From Actinomycetota bacterium (lineage in GTDB: Bacteria; Actinomycetota; Actinomycetes; Mycobacteriales; Mycobacteriaceae), in the NCBI GenBank assembly GCA_030836785.1, contig JAUPLT010000304.1, positions 1 to 58,827 on the forward strand: a DNA stretch of 58,827 nucleotides. The letters run 5' to 3'. Shown here in pieces: positions 49,016-58,827 of the stretch. The position numbers and the translations under genes are program-made. The stretch's first letter is position 1. Each line of letters opens with the position of its first letter. Below the pieces are notes generated by a model that saw nothing but the letters and a program-made list of their open reading frames with translations, was not told the DNA's origin and did not search any database.

Positions 49016-50221
49016 ATGGATGGTGCCCTAGCGGGTTTGGTGTTGTTCGCGGCGCTGGTGATCTTCGCGGTCATCGTCGTCGCCAAGTCCATCGCCCTGA
49101 TTCCGCAAGCCGAGGCTGCCGTCATCGAGCGACTGGGGCGGTACAGCAAGACGGTATCGGGGCAGCTCACCCTGCTGATTCCGTTCATCGACAAGATCCG
49201 GGCCCGGGTCGACCTCCGGGAGCGGGTGGTGTCTTTTCCGCCCCAGCCGGTGATCACCGAGGACAACCTGACGGTCAACATCGACACCGTCGTCTACTTC
49301 CAGGTCACCAGTCCCCAGGCCGCGGTCTACCAGATCAGCAACTACATCGTCGGCGTCGAGCAGCTCACCACGACGACGCTGCGCAACGTGGTGGGCGGGA
49401 TGACTCTCGAGCAGACCCTGACCAGCCGTGACCAGATCAACGCGCAACTGCGCGGTGTGCTCGACGAGGCCACCGGAAGGTGGGGTCTGCGGGTGGCTCG
49501 GGTCGAGCTGCGCAGTATCGACCCACCGCCGTCCATCCAGGATTCGATGGAGAAGCAGATGCGCGCCGACCGCGAGAAGCGGGCCATGATCCTCACGGCG
49601 GAGGGCACCCGGGAGGCCTCGATCAAGCAGGCCGAAGGGCAGAAGCAGTCCCAGATCCTGGCCGCCGAGGGGGCCAAGCAGGCGGCGATCCTGGCCGCCG
49701 AGGCCGATCGGCAGTCCCGGATTCTGCGGGCTCAGGGTGAACGTGCTGCCCAGTACCTGCGCGCCCAGGGTGAGGCGAAGGCTATCGAGAAGACCTTCGC
49801 CGCGATCAAAGCGGGTCGGCCCACCCCCGAGATGCTGGCCTATCAGTACCTTCAGACCCTCCCTCAGATGGCTCAGGGCGAGGCCAACAAAGTGTGGCTG
49901 GTGCCCAGCGACTTCGGCGCAGCGCTGCAGGGTTTCACCAAGATGCTGGGCGCTCCCGGCTCCGACGGTGTGTTCCGGTACGAGCCGTCGCCGGTCGACG
50001 AGGACCTGCCCAAGCCCGAGGATGATTCCGCCGAGGTTGCCGACTGGTTCACCACCAAGACCGATCCGGAGATCGCCGCCGCGGTGGCGCGGGCCGAGGC
50101 CGAGGCGCGGGCCTCAGCGCCCCTCGCCGGTCTGCCCGTCGTACCCGACGCGCTCGCCGGTCCGCCCCGCCACGCAATCGGCGGAGATCAGCCGGCACCG
50201 ACCGGTCCGCTCGACCGCTAA
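49016..50221 (+). CDS. SPFH/band-7 (stomatin-like) protein
   Basis: IERLGRY, VDLRERVV, VITEDN, QMRADREKRA; SD AGGAGGAGG. Confidence 0.95.
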   Translation: MDGALAGLVLFAALVIFAVIVVAKSIALIPQAEAAVIERLGRYSKTVSGQLTLLIPFIDKIRARVDLRERVVSFPPQPVITEDNLTVNIDTVVYFQVTSPQAAVYQISNYIVGVEQLTTTTLRNVVGGMTLEQTLTSRDQINAQLRGVLDEATGRWGLRVARVELRSIDPPPSIQDSMEKQMRADREKRAMILTAEGTREASIKQAEGQKQSQILAAEGAKQAAILAAEADRQSRILRAQGERAAQYLRAQGEAKAIEKTFAAIKAGRPTPEMLAYQYLQTLPQMAQGEANKVWLVPSDFGAALQGFTKMLGAPGSDGVFRYEPSPVDEDLPKPEDDSAEVADWFTTKTDPEIAAAVARAEAEARASAPLAGLPVVPDALAGPPRHAIGGDQPAPTGPLDR

Positions 50222-50928
50222 CCCTCCCGGCGAGCCACCCGGGCCTCGTAGAGGAGGCCGGAGACGCCGATCGCACCGGTGCACAAGGACACCAGCATCA
50301 GTAGCGGGCTGACTTCGCCGGTCATGGCGTCGCCCAGGATGACGACCGCCGAGGTGCCCGGCAACAGGCCGGCCACGGTCGCCAGCAGGTAGGGGGCCGG
50401 TCGCACCGACGACGCTCCCACTGCGTAGTTGAGCACGGAGAACGGCAGCGCCGGGATCAACCGCAGTGCCAGCACCGCGGGCCACCCGCGCTCCCGTAGT
50501 CGCAGGTCGATGGCGTCGATGTGGGGGTGCTCGACCAGCCGACTGAGCTGCCAGCCCGCCGCCCGTACCAGCAGAAGGGCAACCAATGCACTGCACGCGC
50601 TGGCGGCCACCGCCAGCGCGATGCCGAGTGCCGGGCCGAACAGCAGGCCCGCGGCGAGCGTGAACGCAGTGCGGGGAAACGGGAGCACGGTTACCAGCGT
50701 GTGCACGCCGAAGAACGCCAGTGGAAGCCAGGGTCCCATCGAGGCGGCCCAGTCGCGCAACTGCACCGCGCTGGGGAACGGCACCAGCAGGACCACACCG
50801 ACCAGGGCCACGGCGGCCAGCGCTGTGACCAACAACCGGGTCCGGCCGACTTGCCGGGCGGTGGTGAGCAGCGTGGCGGAGACGGTTCGCAGCGCGCCGC
50901 GGGCGCGGCTGAAGACCGGTGTCGTCAC
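50218..50928 (-). CDS. TVP38/TMEM64 (DedA/VTT) family membrane protein
   Basis: PFPRTAFTLAAGLLFG, LRLIPALPFSVLNY, GLLPGT. Confidence 0.92.
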   Translation of the reverse strand: MTTPVFSRARGALRTVSATLLTTARQVGRTRLLVTALAAVALVGVVLLVPFPSAVQLRDWAASMGPWLPLAFFGVHTLVTVLPFPRTAFTLAAGLLFGPALGIALAVAASACSALVALLLVRAAGWQLSRLVEHPHIDAIDLRLRERGWPAVLALRLIPALPFSVLNYAVGASSVRPAPYLLATVAGLLPGTSAVVILGDAMTGEVSPLLMLVSLCTGAIGVSGLLYEARVARREG

Positions 50929-51096
50929 GGGTGTTCAGGTTACGGGCAGTGCCGCCCTGGTCCCCGGCCCGTGAGCCGAGTCACTGAGTGCAGCGCCGTT
51001 GCGCGGGCGCCGATCCTTTAGCCTGAGGAACGGGTGGTCCGGATCTTCCCACGGTCACGTGCCACCGATCGGGCCCTTACAGGACAGGAGTCGCCG

Positions 51097-52949
51097 GTGC
51101 CGCCTCTGCAGGAGGACGACCTCGAGCAGGCCCGCGTCCGGTGGCGTGCGGCGGTGGCCGCGGTTCTGGCGCGGAGTGGTCAGCGCGCCTGTGACTCCGG
51201 CGAACCGGAACGGGCGCTGGACACCCCGACCTACGAGGGTTTTGCCATCCGGCCGCTCTATACGGGCCTCGACGGCCTGGCAGAACAGTCGCTCCCCGGG
51301 GAATGGCCGTTCGTGCGCGGCGCCGACGCCCACCGCGATGTGCTCGCCGGATGGAAGGTCGCCGAGCAGTTTCCGGCCCCGGGGTGCACGACTGTCGAGG
51401 AGACCAACGCGGCGATCCTGGCCGGTCTCGTCGATGGTGTGAGCGCACTGGTACTGCGGGTCGGCCCAGACGGGATTCCCGCGGCGGATCTGGATCGCGT
51501 CCTGCGTGGCGTGTATCTGGAACTCGCTCCGGTCATCGTGGTCGCCGGATCGGAGTTGCGGCCCGCCGCCCAGGCACTGCTCGATCTGGTCGGTGAACCG
51601 GACGCCGGGGAACGGTCCGGGGTGTCGATCGACCTGGGTGCCGATCCGCTGACCGCTGAGCTCAGCGGGACACCCGCCCCATCGCTGGACGACGTGGTCG
51701 CCGTCGCTGCCGCCGTCTCCGGAAGACTCAGCGGGCGGCACGGTGTACGCACCGTGACAGTCGACGGCCCAGGCTTCCACAACCGGGGTGCGAATGCCGG
51801 CTGGGAGCTAGCCGGGGTGATCGCGGCGGGGGTGGACTACCTGAGGGAGCTGACGAGGGCTGGAATGGGAGCCGCCGATGCCCTGCGCCAGATCAGCTTC
51901 CGCCTGGTCGCCGACGACGACCAGTTCATGACGATCGCGAAAGTCCGGGCGGCCCGGCGGCTGTGGGCCCGGGTCGCCGACGTGCTGAACTGCTCCGACG
52001 CCGCGGGGGTCCGGATCCACGCCGTCACTTCCGCGCCGATGATGACCCAGCGCGACCCATGGGTGAACATGCTGCGCACCACCGTCGCCGCATTCGCAGC
52101 GGGTGTCGGCGGCGCGGACACCGTCGAGGTGCGCGGTTTCGACGACGCCATTCCGGGCGGCTACCCGGGGATCCGCTCCGGGTTCTCCCGGCGGATCGCC
52201 CGGAACACCCAGCTGCTCCTCCTCGAGGAGTCCCACGTCGGTCGTGTCATCGACCCGGCCGGCGGCTCCTGGTATGTCGAGGACCTCACCGAAACCCTGG
52301 CCCGGCAAGCGTGGTCGCATTTCCAGTCGGTCGAGGCAGCGGGCGGCTTCCGGAAGGCCCTCGGCCACATCACCGAGCAGATCGACGGGGTGGCCGCGCG
52401 ACGCGCCGATGACATCGCGCACCGGCGAACCGCGATCACCGGGGTCAGCGAGTTCCCGAACATCGCCGAACAACCCCTGTCCGAGGCGATTTCGGCATCC
52501 GGAACGATGCGGTACGCAGCGGCCTTCGAGGATCTGCGAAACCGCTCCGATGCGCACCTGCGCCGCACCGGGGCCCGGCCGAAGGTGCTGCTGCTGCCAC
52601 TGGGGCCACTCGCCGAGCACAACATCCGGACCACCTTCGCCGCGAATCTGCTCGCCTCCGGCGGAATTGAGGCCGTCAATCCGGGGACGGTCGAGTCCGC
52701 CACGGTCGCAACCGCCGTCGAGCAGGCGGGGACCACGATCGCCGTCGTGTGCGGTGCCGACGTCCGCTACCGCACCGAGACGGCCGCCGTCCTCGCCGCC
52801 GCCCGCGCCGCCGGGTGCGAGTCGACGTACCTGGCGGGCCCGGCCAGTACGGTGGACGACCTGCCGGCCGATCAACGACCGGATGGTTTCCTGGCCGCGA
52901 ACATCGATGCGGTTCAGGAGCTTTCGGAGCTGCTCACCCGAATGGGGGC

Positions 52950-52953
<4 letters not shown>
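51097..52953 (+). CDS. mutA: Methylmalonyl-CoA mutase small subunit
   Basis: [54 protein letters not shown] 51097 follows an AGGAG SD. Confidence 0.94.
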
Positions 52954-55229
<2,276 letters not shown>

Positions 55230-55236
55230 TGACGCG

Positions 55237-56253
55237 ATGAACTCGGCCGACACCGATGTCGGCGCCCTGGCCGCCGCGATCCGTGCGGGAAACCGGGCCG
55301 ACCTGGCCAGGGCGATCACCCTGCTCGAATCGACCCGTGCCGATCATCGTGACCGGGCGCAACGGTTGCTGATGGAACTGTCCCCCGCAAGCGGGCGGTG
55401 CCCCCAGCCGAACTCGGGGCTGTCCGCCCGTGTCGGCATCACCGGGGTTCCGGGGGTGGGGAAGTCCACCACCATCGAAGCCCTCGGGATGTATCTGATC
55501 GGGCTGGGACACCGGGTGGCGGTGCTCGCCGTCGACCCGTCGTCCACCCGCACCGGCGGATCCATCCTCGGCGACAAGACCAGGATGGCGCGGCTGGCGG
55601 TGCACCCGAACGCCTACATCCGGCCAGCGCCCACCTCGGGAACGCTCGGTGGAGTGGCCAGGGCGACCCGGGAGGCGATCGTGGTTCTCGAGGCCGCCGG
55701 GTTCGACGTCATCCTGGTGGAGACCGTTGGAGTCGGACAGTCCGAGGTGGCGGTGGCCAACATGGTGGACACCTTCGTGTTCCTCACCCTCGCGCGCACC
55801 GGTGACCAGTTGCAGGGCATCAAGAAGGGCGTGTTGGAACTCGCGGACATCGTGGTGGTGAATAAGGCCGACGGCGATCATGCGGTCGACGCCCGGGCGG
55901 CGGCCCGCGAGTTGACGGCCGCCTTGCGGCTCATCTATCCGCGCGAAACCCTATGGCGTCCGCCGGTTCTCACCATGAGCGCTCTCGAAGGCACCGGGCT
56001 CACGGAGTTGTGGGAGACCGTGCTCAGGCATCGCGCCGTGCTCACCGCGGCGGGCGAGTTCGATGCCCGCCGCCGGGCACAGTTGGTGGACTGGACTTGG
56101 TCGATGGTCCGCGATGCGGTGCTCGACCGCGTGCTGGACCACCCGCTGGTCCGGCAGTTGCGCACGGACGTCGAACGCCAGGTCCGGGATGGGGAGATCA
56201 CCCCGGCCCTTGCAGCGCAACGAATCCTGGACGCCGCCGACCGGCGAAGCTAA
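55237..56253 (+). CDS. meaB: Methylmalonyl-CoA mutase-associated GTPase MeaB
   Basis: GITGVPGVGKST, AVDPSS, ETVGVGQSE, GIKKG, VNKAD. Confidence 0.96.
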   Translation: MNSADTDVGALAAAIRAGNRADLARAITLLESTRADHRDRAQRLLMELSPASGRCPQPNSGLSARVGITGVPGVGKSTTIEALGMYLIGLGHRVAVLAVDPSSTRTGGSILGDKTRMARLAVHPNAYIRPAPTSGTLGGVARATREAIVVLEAAGFDVILVETVGVGQSEVAVANMVDTFVFLTLARTGDQLQGIKKGVLELADIVVVNKADGDHAVDARAAARELTAALRLIYPRETLWRPPVLTMSALEGTGLTELWETVLRHRAVLTAAGEFDARRRAQLVDWTWSMVRDAVLDRVLDHPLVRQLRTDVERQVRDGEITPALAAQRILDAADRRS

Positions 56254-56306
56254 CAGATCGACAACGATTCTGTTGGCGGGTGTTTGGGGCTTGTACATTC
56301 GCGAGT

Positions 56307-57581
56307 GTGACGAGGCCGTCAGCCGGGGGTAGCGCGGGGGAGTTACCGCACGGTGTGCAGGGTGCGGCCGACCCGAACTTCGCCTGGGCGGTGCGCGCCT
56401 TCGCCGCAACGTTTCCGCATCCCCGACTCGGTGGCGGCGCGTTGGCGGTCTACCTGGACGGCGTCCCGGTCGTCGACGTCTGGACCGGCTGGTCTGACCG
56501 GCGGGGGCGCCGGCACTGGGGAGCGGACACCGCGCCGATGGTGTTCTCCGCGACCAAGGGCGTCGCCTCCACCGTCATCCACCGACTGGCCGACCGCGGC
56601 CTCATCGACTATGACGTCCCCGTCGCGCAGTACTGGCCGGAGTTCGGAGCGAGCGGGAAGGAGTCGATCACCGTCCGTGACGTCATGCGTCATCGGGCAG
56701 GGTTGTCGCACCTCCGCGGAGTCCGCCGACGCGAACTGCTCGACCACCAGCACATGGAACAGCGGATCGCTGAGGCCCCGGTGGGTCGGCACTACGGAAA
56801 GTCCGCCTATCACGCACTGACCTACGGGTGGCTGCTGTCCGGTCTGGCCAGGTCGGTCACCGGCAGGGGTATGAGAGATCTGTTCCGCACCGAAGTCGCG
56901 GAGCCACTGGGCACCGACGGGGTTCATCTCGGTCGTCCGCCGGTCGGGGCAGCCACCAACGTGGCCCGGATCATCGGCCCGCAACTGAACATTCCCAACC
57001 CGGTGTTCAACGCCGTGGCCCCCGCAGTCGCTGCGCTGGAGGTGTCGGCGGCCTTCGGATCGATGTACTTCCCCGGGATGCGGACCGTGATCCAGCGCGA
57101 CATCCCGCTTCTGGACACCGAACTACCGTCGGCGAACGGAGTGATCACCGCCCGGGCGCTGGCCAGGATGTACGGGGCGATCGCCAACCGCGGCGAGATC
57201 GACGGCCGACGGTATCTCTCCCCGGAACGGGTTGCGCTCCTGACCGGCCGCCGAGACCTGCGGCCGGACCGGAACCTCGTCGTGCCACTCGCCTTCCACC
57301 TCGGCTATCACGGTCTGCCGATCCCGGGTCTGCTTCCAGGCTTCGGCCACGTCGGACTCGGGGGATCCTTCGGCTGGGCCATCCCGGACTCCAGACTGGC
57401 GTTCGCGATGGTTCACAACCGCCTGCTCACCCCTTTGGTGGCTTCCGATCAGACCGGCTTCGTTAGTGTCGCCGCGGTGATCCGTGCGGGTGCTGCCGAG
57501 GCCCGGAGGCGTGGTTTCGCCCCGGTCACCGAGTTCGGCGCCGGCTACCGCGGCCTGTCGGCGAACGCCGCAACCGGTTAG
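56307..57581 (+). CDS. lipL: Beta-lactamase-fold serine hydrolase/esterase (LipL-like)
   Basis: FSATKG (SxxK), YWPEF, YHALTYG, GFGHVGLGGS; TACATT 7 nt before GTG 56307; synteny with Rv1497. Confidence 0.88.
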   Translation: MTRPSAGGSAGELPHGVQGAADPNFAWAVRAFAATFPHPRLGGGALAVYLDGVPVVDVWTGWSDRRGRRHWGADTAPMVFSATKGVASTVIHRLADRGLIDYDVPVAQYWPEFGASGKESITVRDVMRHRAGLSHLRGVRRRELLDHQHMEQRIAEAPVGRHYGKSAYHALTYGWLLSGLARSVTGRGMRDLFRTEVAEPLGTDGVHLGRPPVGAATNVARIIGPQLNIPNPVFNAVAPAVAALEVSAAFGSMYFPGMRTVIQRDIPLLDTELPSANGVITARALARMYGAIANRGEIDGRRYLSPERVALLTGRRDLRPDRNLVVPLAFHLGYHGLPIPGLLPGFGHVGLGGSFGWAIPDSRLAFAMVHNRLLTPLVASDQTGFVSVAAVIRAGAAEARRRGFAPVTEFGAGYRGLSANAATG

Positions 57582-57815
57582 GTTTTCGGACTCCACAGCC
57601 CCCGCAACGAGGTCGCTGTCACCACCGGCAGGCCATTGTCCTCCGACGACCGAGCCAGGACCTGTGCGGTACGGAAAGGGGTCCGGCGACGGTCCAGCTA
57701 ACCCTTGGAATGATCGGTGATACGCGCGTGATATGCCGATCCTGTGAATTCTACTGGCACCTGAAAGCGCTATTTCACGGTGGTCGGAAATGAAAGTAAA
57801 TGAAGCTAGGGCAGT

Positions 57816-57834
57816 AACTATGCGGCGCATAGTT
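57816..57834. promoter_or_regulatory. Perfect operator-like palindrome in the AT-rich region upstream of the PKS
   Basis: AACTATGCG-G-CGCATAGTT. Confidence 0.5.
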
Positions 57835-58636
57835 CAGCTTTTGCCATTGGTCGCTATTGAAATCTTTTTTCAGTTGTACGCAACGATCATGGAAACGTGA
57901 CGAAGCTTTTTTCGCGCCCTTCCGTCGATTGGTTTCGGTACCTCTCAGCCCACTCTCAGGTCTGTTGCCTCAAAGCTGAGGGCAGCGATATAACACAAGG
58001 TAGAGACCAGATTAGTTCCCCAGAAACGGTTGCGGATCCTCTCAGCTTCTTGGTCGGCCCATGATGGCAGAAGGGCCGGATTGAACCCTCGGCCCAGCGT
58101 CTTCGGACGGGTGGGGAGGGAATTTGCCATGCCGAATTGCCAGGTGTGTCGATCGCATCTCGGTTCGGTTTGCTGGTGGACGTATCGGCGCGAAGTCTTT
58201 GTTTTCTTTCCTCAGGGCGCCGTCGCAACACCACGGCAGCCTCGCTGCGTGGTGCGGCCGCAGTCGTTCCGGATCGGTCGGCGCGGCTCGAGCCCGGCGA
58301 TGAAAGTGCAGCTAGAGGTGCTGTTCGGCGGCGCAGGCGGATCGCGAAACCGGGTCGATCTGTCGACCTCGCTGATCGGATCGGAAGGGTGCACCCAGCC
58401 GGTCAGCTAATGCCCGAAGGGGCGGTATGCAAACGCGTCGAGATGTGGTTCTGACAAATCAATTTCCGGTGCCCCGACAGCGCAAAGGGAATCTCGCTTT
58501 TCCGGTCGTTGACAGTTACGATGTGCCGAGTACTGGCAACTTCGGGTCGATGTTGACGCGTCGATGGTGACGCAAAGGCGCGCCAAGCATCCGCAGACTC
58601 GCGGCATGTCCGGTGGCGAGAAATGAATGCCCCGCA

Positions 58637-58827
58637 GTGGACGAAGAACGAGGTGTGAATATCGTGCGCGGACCCCTGACTCCGATCGCCGTGGTCGGAA
58701 TGGCCTGCCGCCTTCCCGGCGGTATCGACTCGCCCCAGGCTCTGTGGGAGGCGCTGCTCGAGGGACGGGACATGGTCACCGAGATTCCCCGGGAACGTTG
58801 GGACTCCGACGAGTACTACGACCCGGA
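58637..58827 (+). CDS. 5' end of a type I polyketide synthase, KS domain, Mas/Pks5-like (partial)
   Basis: [49 protein letters not shown]; start among in-frame GTGs at 58637, 58655 or 58664. Confidence 0.92.
   Translation, partial: MDEERGVNIVRGPLTPIAVVGMACRLPGGIDSPQALWEALLEGRDMVTEIPRERWDSDEYYDP

Noticed and set aside
48975-49031. Possible bridge ORF at the nfeD-SPFH junction
   Set aside because: The GTG overlaps the nfeD stop, but the frame ends inside the SPFH gene, not at its start, and a strong SD explains initiation.
50929-51096. Cobalamin riboswitch upstream of mutA
   Set aside because: No B12-box or GGGAA/GCCACTG core recognised.
57640-57710. c-di-AMP (ydaO) riboswitch fragments (GGTACGG, CAGCTAACCC; also GTCAGCTAA near 58402)
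   Set aside because: The GAATCC and GGGGTGAATC cores and the expected spacing are missing.
58536-58620. c-di-GMP-I riboswitch look-alike (GGCAAC...GACGCAAAG) before the PKS
   Set aside because: No GGCAAA, GNRA-capped P2 or tetraloop receptor is evident. An Rfam covariance search would settle it.

Overview
High-GC DNA from a non-tuberculous mycobacterium. Gene order follows the M. tuberculosis Rv1444c-Rv1497 block, but ppc is present and the PE_PGRS genes and mazEF4 are absent. Contents in order: an accessory amidohydrolase and CocE/S15 hydrolase pair; ppc; a PAP2-DAGK fusion; the pentose-phosphate operon (tkt-tal-zwf-opcA-pgl); ctaB, qor and ctaA; mptB with an ABC transporter; the suf operon; trx-echA-ABC-F; acn; ripA-ripB; moxR1-DUF58-VWA; fabG1-inhA-hemZ; nfeD-SPFH; mutA-mutB-meaB; lipL; and about 1 kb of AT-richer DNA leading into the start of a Mas-like type I PKS. 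Main points of interest: (1) a 378-aa LAGLIDADG intein in sufB at the VAAQYE/S site, not the M. tuberculosis site; (2) up to seven tiny, mutually dissimilar 'bridge' ORFs spanning operon junctions by start/stop overlap, like MIRUs; (3) a lower-GC MASE4-like/GGDEF diguanylate cyclase directly upstream of ripA; (4) a YaeR-type VOC gene where acnR normally lies; (5) several small duplications and palindromic scars. No tRNA, rRNA, CRISPR array or transposase was recognised. All family and synteny assignments come from motif recognition and memory, not from database searches.
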